Shown in pieces: positions 28,299 through 36,494 of a stretch of DNA of 64,000 nucleotides. Position 1 is the stretch's first letter, and the number at the start of each line of letters is the position of its first letter. The DNA is from a phage. The notes under the pieces are model-generated. The model did not search any database, was not told the origin of the DNA, and worked only from the letters and a program-made list of their open reading frames with translations. The stretch lies in sequence record OR896157.1, one strand, 5' to 3'. A program made the position numbers and the translations under genes.

Positions 28299-28849
28299 TT
28301 AGTCGGTTGACCCCATGTGAATTGACCACCGAAAGCCGCAATCAATGAAGTGTCATTCAGATTAACTGGCAGACCGTCGCCGCTTTCGGATTCGAGGAAC
28401 ATTGTACCACCATTTTTAGTGATAGCAATTACAGTGAATTCTTTAGAACCCTTTTGGAAGACATCACCAACAACTACCGGAATATTTTTAAAACCAGAAG
28501 CTTCCGCTTCATATGTTTCTGTATATCGGCCGTCTTTTGGTCTGAAATTAGTGAAATCAACCAGGTACTTATTACGAATTGAAGTTACATACACATTAGT
28601 AACACCATATGATGTAATTTTATCTTCATCATAAATGAAGAGTTCAATCATTACACGAGTTGAATATACTTTTAAAACAGCTCGTTGATTTTTATTGATT
28701 TTAAGGAAAATATGAGTTGCTCCTTGGCAACGGCTAATAAAATCAATTTCACCATCAAATTCTGTTGTTCCGGATTGAACAGTAATTGAGCGTCCAACTT
28801 CAAGTTCTTTCTTTACAATGCCTTTAGCTTTCACTTGACGAATAAACAT
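28295..28849 (-). CDS. hypothetical protein
   Basis: 184-aa ORF translationally coupled upstream of the NTase gene. Confidence 0.5.
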   Translation of the reverse strand: MFIRQVKAKGIVKKELEVGRSITVQSGTTEFDGEIDFISRCQGATHIFLKINKNQRAVLKVYSTRVMIELFIYDEDKITSYGVTNVYVTSIRNKYLVDFTNFRPKDGRYTETYEAEASGFKNIPVVVGDVFQKGSKEFTVIAITKNGGTMFLESESGDGLPVNLNDTSLIAAFGGQFTWGQPTK

Positions 28850-28858
28850 AATATTTTC

Positions 28859-29080
28859 CTATAAGAAGCGCCATGAGCCATTACGATATGCAACTGAACG
28901 GTCCATCATTTCGGAAGAGGTAGAACTTCCGCTGAGTTTGTCATGAACTACTGTAATTTTGCGTCCGTCAGCAAAAATAAATTCGGCTACTGGACGCAGG
29001 CCAGTAAAGCCTTTGTCCACAGTTGCATTAAATTTAGCAGATTCACCGTTGATAATATAGTTCTGGTCTTGTTTAAGCAT
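28859..29080 (-). CDS. hypothetical protein
   Basis: 73-aa ORF. Confidence 0.4.
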   Translation of the reverse strand: MLKQDQNYIINGESAKFNATVDKGFTGLRPVAEFIFADGRKITVVHDKLSGSSTSSEMMDRSVAYRNGSWRFL

Positions 29081-29532
29081 TATTTAAATTCCAAAGTTGG
29101 GCAGAACTTCTCTTTGCGAGCTTTAATGAAAGCAATAATGATATTAGGTTGTGGTTCAACGTAAGTACCATTTCTGATAGCTTCCCATTTTTTATCTTCT
29201 TTCTTTTCTTTTCGTCTTTGAACGACTCGATAAATTCCGTAACCAATACAGAAAATTGTACCAAAAATAGCCGCCAACAAAATCCAACCAATAATCATTC
29301 CAGGGACAAATGCTACAGCAGACGAAAGAATCACACCACATTGAGCGAATAACCAAGTAGCTAAATCTACACCACTAGCCCATCCAACAAAAACTACAGC
29401 ACAAACAGCGAATAGCAGGAGGAAAGCATGCCAAACACCTTTCCAAAAATATGGACACAGAGAACGTGGAGCGCTTTCAGCGCCATTCATAGTAACGAGT
29501 TTGTAGTGCCAAGAGTTAGTATTGATTTGCAT
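29080..29532 (-). CDS. hypothetical membrane protein
   Basis: 150-aa ORF with 3-4 predicted TM helices. Confidence 0.5.
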   Translation of the reverse strand: MQINTNSWHYKLVTMNGAESAPRSLCPYFWKGVWHAFLLLFAVCAVVFVGWASGVDLATWLFAQCGVILSSAVAFVPGMIIGWILLAAIFGTIFCIGYGIYRVVQRRKEKKEDKKWEAIRNGTYVEPQPNIIIAFIKARKEKFCPTLEFK

Positions 29533-29553
29533 TATAATTTCCTTTCAATTCAG

Positions 29554-29799
29554 TTATTTAAAGTTTTTAGAAGTGGTCATATGAGGTATTGTAACCTGCA
29601 ACCATGAAAGCAATTTCTCAGCTTCTTCTTTAAGAAGCTCAACTTCTTCGCCTTGGGAAATAATTGTGAGAATATCTTTATCGGCATTAACGAAGAGCAT
29701 TGTTTTAATATCAGCATGACCACCATAAACTGATTCAGCTTTATAGTTGATAGTAGCATCTAACCCTGGGACGTTCCAATCTAAAGTGCACTTAGTCAT
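29554..29799 (-). CDS. hypothetical protein
   Basis: 81-aa ORF. Confidence 0.45.
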   Translation of the reverse strand: MTKCTLDWNVPGLDATINYKAESVYGGHADIKTMLFVNADKDILTIISQGEEVELLKEEAEKLLSWLQVTIPHMTTSKNFK

Positions 29800-30085
29800 T
29801 TACTTGTTCCTTACGAGCTCGTTCTTTAAGTTGCTCTTGAATTTTGAGCATTGTTTCTGTATATTCTTCTGAATTAGCTCTTACTATACTAGAAGAATAT
29901 GGAAGCGATTCATGATATTTCAAAAATCTCTCAAGATGCGGTTTGTATTGAGTAGAGAAATTGTACATCAAAAATCCCGTAGCACTTACGTGAGTACAAA
30001 TTTCATACTGAAATGTTCCGTCATATTGACGAGTAACAATAATATCTTTTAACTCAAGACTTAGGCTCATTGACTTCTCCTGCAT
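29792..30085 (-). CDS. hypothetical protein
   Basis: 97-aa ORF. Confidence 0.45.
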   Translation of the reverse strand: MQEKSMSLSLELKDIIVTRQYDGTFQYEICTHVSATGFLMYNFSTQYKPHLERFLKYHESLPYSSSIVRANSEEYTETMLKIQEQLKERARKEQVND

Positions 30086-30260
30086 AAAGTTTAAGAATGA
30101 AAAACGCTACCTTTAAAGCCTCTTCTTTACTTAAATGAAGAGGAGAGCCGGCATAACATGCTCCTTCAGGGACAGCATGCTCCAAAACAATTTCATCTTC
30201 TTTAGTGCGAATGTCTAAACTTCCTAGATGAAATTGTTCATATCCCCAAGGGTCTTTCAT
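30054..30260 (-). CDS. hypothetical protein
   Basis: 68-aa ORF. Confidence 0.4.
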   Translation of the reverse strand: MKDPWGYEQFHLGSLDIRTKEDEIVLEHAVPEGACYAGSPLHLSKEEALKVAFFILKLYAGEVNEPKS

Positions 30261-30550
30261 TGCATCTCCTGAATAGCTTTTAAGAAGTTATCAAGATTCT
30301 CTTTACTGCAAAAAGATACGCATCCGTAGCTTCCATCTTTTGCTTCAAAAGTAAATGAATCATCACCATAATCAGTGTAATCAATATTAGGGCATTGATT
30401 GCATTCAATCAGATGTGCTTTGTCCAGACGAAAATGGATTTTGAACAAATCTTCATCGCCTTCATGACCAAGTTTGCAAAAGTTTCCACGTACTTCAAGA
30501 ACCAGAGGACCATGTACTGAACCGCTTTCAAATGTATATTTCATAATCAC
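30257..30550 (-). CDS. hypothetical protein
   Basis: 97-aa ORF. Confidence 0.45.
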   Translation of the reverse strand: MIMKYTFESGSVHGPLVLEVRGNFCKLGHEGDEDLFKIHFRLDKAHLIECNQCPNIDYTDYGDDSFTFEAKDGSYGCVSFCSKENLDNFLKAIQEMQ

Positions 30551-30816
30551 CTCAATTGCGAATCTTTTGAACCGCGTCTGTTATAAGACGCTTTAATGAT
30601 AGTATCATGTGAGCTTTGGCAAGCTACACAACGAGTGCATCCTTTTTGAGCTTTGCGTCTAGCTTCCGGAATTTCTCCGTCACAATCTTCACAGTATTTT
30701 TCACTCTCACGATTTTGAGATTTGATGAGCTCTAAACGAGCCCATTCAATTCCATCACTTACTGTAGCCTCAATAGCTGCAAATCCGTCGTCACTTGGAC
30801 CCCATCCACTTGCCAT
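30547..30816 (-). CDS. hypothetical zinc-ribbon protein
   Basis: 89-aa ORF with CEDCDG...CTRCVAC. Confidence 0.5.
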   Translation of the reverse strand: MASGWGPSDDGFAAIEATVSDGIEWARLELIKSQNRESEKYCEDCDGEIPEARRKAQKGCTRCVACQSSHDTIIKASYNRRGSKDSQLR

Positions 30817-30840
30817 TACAAACTCCTTTGAACGAGGTCT

Positions 30841-30870
30841 ATTATACCATTAACTAAGTTGTATGTAAAC
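30841..30870 (-). promoter_or_regulatory. T4-type early promoter (GTTTAC-N18-TATAAT)
   Basis: minus-strand motifs. Confidence 0.6.
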
Positions 30871-30922
30871 AACGGATTGTGGTATTGAACAAACAGATAA
30901 AGCAGTACAAATACTGTTCTCA

Positions 30923-31459
30923 TTACCAGCCTGCCGTGTCAAATTCACCATCATCGTAGATGTCCCAAGCCATTCTTTCTTCAAGAACTCGGACTGGTGT
31001 CCAATAGTCCGCATATTCCTGGTCTTCTGGAGAAGAGAATTTATTTGCTTTAAGTTCAGCCATAAATTCCAAAGCGGATTCAACATCACCGAACAGACGG
31101 TTCAAGTTGTGAGGTTTACGTTCAGGGTCTTCAAATACTGCGTTATCACCAGGGCAAATTTGAGTACGATAAGAACGCTTTGTTTCGCCGTTGATGTCAG
31201 TATACTCGCAGATGATATCAACCATCAAGATATCTGATGTTGGGCTACGATATGGTTTACTGAGGATAATGTACTTGCTAACTTCATCCAGCGACACAGT
31301 AGTTTCAGTACGAGATACACCGTACACATGATACATGATGCGGCCTGGAACGAAATCAGATAATTTAGTAATGCGATTCATGATGTTCTCCTCTTGTTTG
31401 TGTAAGGTCATAGTATCACCTTTTGAAGAGGATGTAAACGGTTCCTTTAAAAACAACAA
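30923..31459 (-). CDS. hypothetical protein
   Basis: 178-aa ORF. Confidence 0.5.
   Translation of the reverse strand: MLFLKEPFTSSSKGDTMTLHKQEENIMNRITKLSDFVPGRIMYHVYGVSRTETTVSLDEVSKYIILSKPYRSPTSDILMVDIICEYTDINGETKRSYRTQICPGDNAVFEDPERKPHNLNRLFGDVESALEFMAELKANKFSSPEDQEYADYWTPVRVLEERMAWDIYDDGEFDTAGW
31409..31438 (-). promoter_or_regulatory. T4-type early promoter (GTTTAC-N18-TACTAT)
   Basis: minus-strand motifs. Confidence 0.55.
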
Positions 31460-31484
31460 AAGCCCTGACCAAAAAAGTCAGGGC
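31450..31484 (-). terminator. intrinsic terminator (8-bp stem + U-run)
   Basis: minus-strand GCCCUGAC-UUUUUUG-GUCAGGGC followed by UUUUGUUGUUUU. Confidence 0.65.
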
Positions 31485-31489
31485 TCAAA

Positions 31490-31882
31490 TTATTCCAAAG
31501 ACAGCAAGTATTTGGTTTGAAACACTATACCATTGATTTCGTCAATTGTGTTTCTGATTGCTCCAGGCATCTTGTCGTAGATGCTTTCAGCTTTTGCTGT
31601 GATGCTATCGAGCATCTCAATCGTGTCAGTAGGCAAATCCTGTTGCGATGGTATAGATGGGGTGTACTTTTTACCGGACCATCCAAGCCATTGCTCTCCG
31701 AACTTGTCGGTTAACTCAGGGATTGCATCAAAGAAGAAATTGTATGCTTTGTGACGAGCATAGCTTTTAGTTTCAAAATGAGCTGAGTGGAAGTATGATG
31801 CAGAAGCCATCAAAAGACCAATGAACTCATCCTCTGGAAGTTTCTTTCCGGTTGTTATGAAATCTTCAAATTTCGTTTTCAA
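31490..31882 (-). CDS. hypothetical protein
   Basis: 130-aa ORF. Confidence 0.5.
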   Translation of the reverse strand: MKTKFEDFITTGKKLPEDEFIGLLMASASYFHSAHFETKSYARHKAYNFFFDAIPELTDKFGEQWLGWSGKKYTPSIPSQQDLPTDTIEMLDSITAKAESIYDKMPGAIRNTIDEINGIVFQTKYLLSLE

Positions 31883-32141
31883 GTTTAACCTTCGTTAGAG
31901 AAACATATTGCTTACCAGCATGAACTCCTTCTTCAGTGCACTGGGTAGTACAACTTGAAGCTGCCCATTTCTGCTTAATGAAAGAAAAGAAACGTTCAGA
32001 TTCTTCTTTAGAAGGTTCTTTGAACTTGCTATATACTACCATAGCGCCATCAGCGTATTGTTCAAAGTTTGCTTCTTCTGCCGATACGGGCGAGATTAAA
32101 GTGGCTGCAAATAAAATCGCAGCCAATGCACGTAGAGTCAT
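31866..32141 (-). CDS. rI: lysis-inhibition regulator RI-like periplasmic protein
   Basis: trimmed to MTLRALAAILFAATLISPVSA signal/SAR-like N-terminus; C-terminal FFSFIKQKWAASSCTTQCTEEG resembles remembered T4 RI; lies before tk as in T4. Confidence 0.55.
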   Translation of the reverse strand: MTLRALAAILFAATLISPVSAEEANFEQYADGAMVVYSKFKEPSKEESERFFSFIKQKWAASSCTTQCTEEGVHAGKQYVSLTKVKLENEI

Positions 32142-32148
32142 AAAAGCC

Positions 32149-32361
32149 TCAGCGTTGTCCTGTATTAAGTTTGTGCTGAAGAACAGCCTTAACTTTATCG
32201 AGGTATTTTTGCAGCTGGCGTTTACGCAAATAGTCTGGGCGTGCACCATGCTGGCGAAACTCTTCGTTTAGACTTGAGATAGCGTGGCCAATCTCGCACT
32301 TAATTTCTTCCAGTTGAGATACACCAAGATTACGAAGTTGCTTATCGTTCAAATGCTTCAT
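32149..32361 (-). CDS. hypothetical protein
   Basis: 70-aa ORF preceded by late-promoter motif. Confidence 0.5.
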   Translation of the reverse strand: MKHLNDKQLRNLGVSQLEEIKCEIGHAISSLNEEFRQHGARPDYLRKRQLQKYLDKVKAVLQHKLNTGQR

Positions 32362-32385
32362 ACATACCTCATTAGTTAGTAATAG

Positions 32386-32393
32386 TATTTATA
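32386..32393 (-). promoter_or_regulatory. T4 late promoter motif TATAAATA
   Basis: minus-strand TATAAATA about 25 nt upstream of ORF 32149-32361, immediately after palindrome GGGGAGCATGCTCCCC (32396-32411). Confidence 0.5.
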
Positions 32394-32420
32394 AAGGGGA
32401 GCATGCTCCCCAATTTAACT

Positions 32421-32792
32421 TTAGTCCCACAAAATTTGGCACAGACCTTTCTCATACTTACGAGCAGCCTTTTCGTCCCAATTATAGTCCGTATCGTTTC
32501 TCAACGAGCGTTTGATTTCCATCTTGTGAAATACACGAGGAATCGGTGAAGCATAGCGCATCCAGCGCAGAGTCTTCCAGAATGAATCACGATGGCGCTT
32601 TTTCATCATAGAAGCAAGCTCTAACGGTCTTTCCATGTTTTCTTTAATTTGCTTATCGATATATTCATTACGCCAAAGAGAAGTTCTCTCGTAGTCATAA
32701 TCTTTGATATAAGCAAATGGGTTGTTCTTCTGGTCGTGCCATTTAGAAGAAGTGGTTACGTGCCAGCCTTTACGACGAATAGTTCTTGACAT
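32421..32792 (-). CDS. hypothetical basic protein
   Basis: 123-aa ORF. Confidence 0.5.
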   Translation of the reverse strand: MSRTIRRKGWHVTTSSKWHDQKNNPFAYIKDYDYERTSLWRNEYIDKQIKENMERPLELASMMKKRHRDSFWKTLRWMRYASPIPRVFHKMEIKRSLRNDTDYNWDEKAARKYEKGLCQILWD

Positions 32793-32955
32793 ATCTACCT
32801 CTTGAGTTAAAGTACCTCAATGGTAGTAAAATCCTGCTTTAAAATATTTCATGGTGATACTTTCCCTTCAATTAAAATCTTTAAGAATCCAAGTAAAGCT
32901 GCTATGATAAACCCAGCAGCTGGAAAAGCGAATAACCAAAATAATACATCAATAA

Positions 32956-33087
32956 TCATCCTAATGTTACCTTGCATTTGCATTTTGGACATTCAACTTC
33001 TTTTACGCGAAGACGCTTTGTCTTCGAGCGCGGCGCTGTATCATGGTCATAAACATGAAGACATCGATAGCAAATGACTAATTTCAT
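32956..33087 (-). CDS. hypothetical small zinc-ribbon protein (43 aa, not in track)
   Basis: manual translation MKLVICYRCLHVYDHDTAPRSKTKRLRVKEVECPKCKCKVTLG. Confidence 0.3.
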   Translation of the reverse strand: MKLVICYRCLHVYDHDTAPRSKTKRLRVKEVECPKCKCKVTLG

Positions 33088-33114
33088 CAGTAGATAGCCT
33101 CGAAGATTTTTACA

Positions 33115-33714
33115 CTATTCATAAATACCAGTCATTTCACACCAATGTTTTCGACAGAGTGAGACGTATTTGTCTTCACCACCTAATTCAATAGTATCAC
33201 CTTCTACGATAGCATTTCCTTCTTGGTCAACACGAGCAACCATTGTTGCTTTACGACCACAATGGCAAACACCCTTCAGTTCGCAGAGTTTATCTGCAGT
33301 TGCCAGAAGAGCGGCAGAGCCCTTAAATAGGTTACCACGGAAATCTGTACGAAGTCCATAGGCCATCACTGGAGTATTATAGAGGTCAACAATTTGACAT
33401 AATTGAAGAACGTGAGACTGGGTCAAGAATTGAGCTTCGTCAACAAACACACAGTGAATATCTTTTTGAGTCTGCGCCCATTTGAAAAACTCAAGAATGT
33501 CCATGTCTTCAGTGATGGTATTTGCTTCAGCATGTAGACCAACACGAGATACAACTTCATTTGCTGAATCTCGCGTGTCAATAGCTGGCTTAAGAATGAG
33601 CGTTCCCATTCCACGCTCTTTATAGTTATGAGCTGCTGTAAGCAGAGATGCTGATTTACCAGCATTCATTGAAGCATAGTTAAAATAAAGCTGAGCCATT
33701 ATTCGCCGTCCCAA
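33115..33714 (-). CDS. tk: thymidine kinase
   Basis: 199-aa ORF; AAMNAGKSASLL P-loop, zinc ribbon CHCG...C; strong match to remembered T4 Tk. Confidence 0.93.
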   Translation of the reverse strand: MGRRIMAQLYFNYASMNAGKSASLLTAAHNYKERGMGTLILKPAIDTRDSANEVVSRVGLHAEANTITEDMDILEFFKWAQTQKDIHCVFVDEAQFLTQSHVLQLCQIVDLYNTPVMAYGLRTDFRGNLFKGSAALLATADKLCELKGVCHCGRKATMVARVDQEGNAIVEGDTIELGGEDKYVSLCRKHWCEMTGIYE

Positions 33715-34154
33715 TCAACTACAATAATATCAACATTTGGAGTGAACATATTAATTAATGCTTCAATCTTTTCCCAATCGCCACCAGCAATGCCGGCGCC
33801 AATGCGAGGAATATAAACATCCATTTTGAACAAAGAACCAGATAAGAATTTGTCCATTTTCTGAAAAGCATTAATTAATGCGCCATAATCAAGATTAGGA
33901 CCTGGTTCGTATTGAGTGTAAAGATTAAAGCAAGCACCACCATTTAATGCTAACGCTAAGCTAAAAGTTCCAAGCTTTTTATGGTCAGCATAATCTGTAG
34001 CTGCTTTGTCAGTTGACAAAATAACCGGAAATTTTGAAGCAAGTTGTCCTGCTACGCCAGCACCCATAGTATGGAAACAGTTACAACCATGAGCAATAAC
34101 TTTGCCTTCAGAATATAGCTTAACAATATCGCCTTTAATGTAATTTACAATCAT
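33699..34154 (-). CDS. macro-domain protein (ADP-ribose binding/processing)
   Basis: 151-aa ORF; macro signatures HGCNCFHTMGAGVAGQL and IGAGIAGGDWEKIEALI. Confidence 0.6.
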   Translation of the reverse strand: MIVNYIKGDIVKLYSEGKVIAHGCNCFHTMGAGVAGQLASKFPVILSTDKAATDYADHKKLGTFSLALALNGGACFNLYTQYEPGPNLDYGALINAFQKMDKFLSGSLFKMDVYIPRIGAGIAGGDWEKIEALINMFTPNVDIIVVDWDGE

Positions 34155-34570
34155 CTTTTCCTCAACTCAGGTATGCTTTTAAATTGATAAGTAGCGTAGT
34201 TTTCAAATTCATCGTAAACTCGTGCATAAATTTCTTCGCCACATGTTAACTTTTTGAAAGACTTCAAATCTCTTTCAGAAAAATCTATCGATACTCCGTT
34301 GATGATTCCGGAGGATTTGGCTCCGCAACCTCGAAAATGAATTGAACCACCCGGAATAATAGCTTGGTCTTCTTTGTTAGAGTAATTGTAAAATGATACA
34401 CCAAAAGCTTTCTTTTTAGGATAGTAAGAAACTTCAATATTCTTTTTAAACGAACCAGTTGTTTCAACTAGCTTACCATCAATAGCGTAGATATTATCAG
34501 GATAGCCTGGGAGTTTTTCCCAGGCATTTACCGATAATGGTAGAGCTAGCAGAAATGCTGCTATTTTCAC
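34151..34570 (-). CDS. hypothetical secreted protein (signal peptide)
   Basis: 139-aa ORF, N-terminal MKIAAFLLALPLSVNA. Confidence 0.5.
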   Translation of the reverse strand: MKIAAFLLALPLSVNAWEKLPGYPDNIYAIDGKLVETTGSFKKNIEVSYYPKKKAFGVSFYNYSNKEDQAIIPGGSIHFRGCGAKSSGIINGVSIDFSERDLKSFKKLTCGEEIYARVYDEFENYATYQFKSIPELRKR

Positions 34571-34893
34571 TTAGATAATCCCGCTATATACACCCTCAAT
34601 AACGTATCACGATATTCTTCGCATACGTTTACATCAGGTGCATTATCACACAACGACTCAAGGTCTTTAGCCTTACGAGCCACCAAGGTAGACCATTTAA
34701 AGCGGCTACCAGAATCAGTTTGTCCTTCAGCATAAGTTTTGTCAAAGTCAAATGACAAAATGTTCAAACACTCTGTATTAGTCTTAGTGCAGAATTGCTT
34801 TGCTAATACTAAAGAATCATCTTGTTCAGTAGCAAAATCAACTTTACACCCAGATAGAGCAAAAACTATTAGAAGTACAAACAACTTTTTCAT
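34567..34893 (-). CDS. hypothetical lipoprotein (lipobox LSGC)
   Basis: 108-aa ORF, signal peptide + Cys; several further Cys. Confidence 0.5.
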   Translation of the reverse strand: MKKLFVLLIVFALSGCKVDFATEQDDSLVLAKQFCTKTNTECLNILSFDFDKTYAEGQTDSGSRFKWSTLVARKAKDLESLCDNAPDVNVCEEYRDTLLRVYIAGLSK

Positions 34894-35441
34894 TATTCCA
34901 CCGTATAATGAAGTATTTTACGAGATTTCAAGTAATTCGCCTTTGCTAATACTTCAGAGGCGTACTTGTTGCCGGCTTTCCACTTGTTTCCTGCGTTGTA
35001 TGATGCTATGGCTTTTCTCATATCACCGTTATGACGGTCTAACCAATAACTTAACTCAATATACGCCCAAGCGGCGGAGTGCTTCCGGCTCTTTGCCATG
35101 CGGATGATTTCAGCGTCTGTCATTGACCATCCGGCTTGTTTAACTCTTTCCCTAAGTGTAGGAAGATAATTTTGAAATATCCCGTAAGCTTGATGCCCAT
35201 GTTTACCAGTTGTACGTAAGCCTGCAGAACTTTCCTGCCAGACTAGTGCAGCCATAATGTAACCAAGTCCATCATTGTCATAGCGCTTACTATGGTCTTT
35301 ATACTTCCCATTCTTCTGAAATTGTTCACCAAACGAATATGCGTATTGCAAATTGTCGAGTTGGACATTACTGAAGGTGTGTTCGGACGCGAATCCTAGA
35401 GACGAAACTAGGAGTAACGCCGCGCATAGAGCTTTTTTCAT
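34893..35441 (-). CDS. secreted lytic transglycosylase-like protein (SLT domain)
   Basis: 182-aa ORF; signal peptide; SLT-type motif LVWQESS...AYGIFQ. Confidence 0.55.
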   Translation of the reverse strand: MKKALCAALLLVSSLGFASEHTFSNVQLDNLQYAYSFGEQFQKNGKYKDHSKRYDNDGLGYIMAALVWQESSAGLRTTGKHGHQAYGIFQNYLPTLRERVKQAGWSMTDAEIIRMAKSRKHSAAWAYIELSYWLDRHNGDMRKAIASYNAGNKWKAGNKYASEVLAKANYLKSRKILHYTVE

Positions 35442-35459
35442 GTTTACCTCAAATTAAAG

Positions 35460-35930
35460 CTATAACTTGATAATCTTTGTGCTGATTTTACCTTTCAAGC
35501 GTTTATCATTTACGAATGCCATGCGACATTGCATGGAGTGACCGCGGAACGGATGTTCTGGGTTTGGTAGAGAGACAGTCATTCCAAGCCATAGAGTACC
35601 ATCTGTGATTTCCAGACGTTGAGGTCTGTACTCTACTTCTGGGTCAATTTCCGATGGGTCAATTGGAAGCATCGGCATTTCTAAGAACTCGTGAATTTCT
35701 GTTACATGGTTGTGTACTTTGTGGAACAGAGCGAACACATACTCTTCATCAATTTCTCGCTGGATAGCACGGTCCAGGAGGTGATTAGAATATTTAATAA
35801 AGAAAGCTGGAATACCAGCAGATGCGCAAGCACTACGTATAGAATCGTTTACACTCTTGAATTCAGTCTCAAAGCGGCGACGTAGCTTGTTTCGGCGGAT
35901 GAATACTTCTGGGTTAGTTGTCATTTTCAA
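35460..35930 (-). CDS. regB: endoribonuclease RegB
   Basis: 156-aa ORF closely matching remembered T4 RegB (EVFIRRNKLRRxFExEF, HLLDRAIQREIDE, QCRMA). Confidence 0.92.
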   Translation of the reverse strand: MKMTTNPEVFIRRNKLRRRFETEFKSVNDSIRSACASAGIPAFFIKYSNHLLDRAIQREIDEEYVFALFHKVHNHVTEIHEFLEMPMLPIDPSEIDPEVEYRPQRLEITDGTLWLGMTVSLPNPEHPFRGHSMQCRMAFVNDKRLKGKISTKIIKL

Positions 35931-35950
35931 TCTCCTTTGTTGATAGGGCT

Positions 35951-35980
35951 ATAGTATCATAGCCCTTGGAGAAAGTAAAT
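35951..35980 (-). promoter_or_regulatory. T4-type early promoter (ATTTAC-N18-TACTAT) within palindrome GGGCTATAGTATCATAGCCC
   Basis: minus-strand motifs upstream of regB; 27-nt block identical to 53138-53164. Confidence 0.55.
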
Positions 35981-35982
35981 AG

Positions 35983-36255
35983 TCAGTAGTTATGGTCATC
36001 GTAGAACACTTGAAGCAGAACATTGCTACGCAGCTTCTTGGTGTCCGCGATGCGTTGACGGAGCTTTGAGATTTTGTCCTGAACAGCATTGAAAGCATCA
36101 GAAGTCTTAGGGTCATGAAGACCCATAGACTCATCCACAAGCTGCTCCATCTTTTCTTCCATAGCATTGATAGCTTCGGAGAAAGACTCGGAGACTTTGT
36201 TGCGGATAGACATTAATACTTTTCTTCTGGTTGAAATACTGAACGGCATGCCCAC
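35983..36255 (-). CDS. hypothetical protein
   Basis: 90-aa ORF. Confidence 0.45.
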   Translation of the reverse strand: MGMPFSISTRRKVLMSIRNKVSESFSEAINAMEEKMEQLVDESMGLHDPKTSDAFNAVQDKISKLRQRIADTKKLRSNVLLQVFYDDHNY

Positions 36256-36494
36256 ATAGAAGCTTCTTTCAAACGATCAATTGCATTACGAATCTGAGTG
36301 ATTCTAGAATGAGCTAGATCGAATTCTTCGTCGCTTATAGTGTCAACATCCAAGTCCATGTAAACTTTGACATGCTCTTCTTCTAAGGCTTTGAAAATCA
36401 AGCCAAGACGTAATTCAGCATCTTTGATAGCGTTCACTTTACCAATTTTGTCATCAGTGTGTGGTTTATAGCCTTTGATATCTTCAATTGACAT
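36213..36494 (-). CDS. hypothetical protein
   Basis: 93-aa ORF. Confidence 0.45.
   Translation of the reverse strand: MSIEDIKGYKPHTDDKIGKVNAIKDAELRLGLIFKALEEEHVKVYMDLDVDTISDEEFDLAHSRITQIRNAIDRLKEASMWACRSVFQPEEKY

Noticed and set aside
32820-33077. 85-aa plus-strand ORF between tk and the upstream minus-strand gene
   Set aside because: Opposite orientation to the operon; the minus strand here holds a better small zinc-ribbon ORF (32956-33087).
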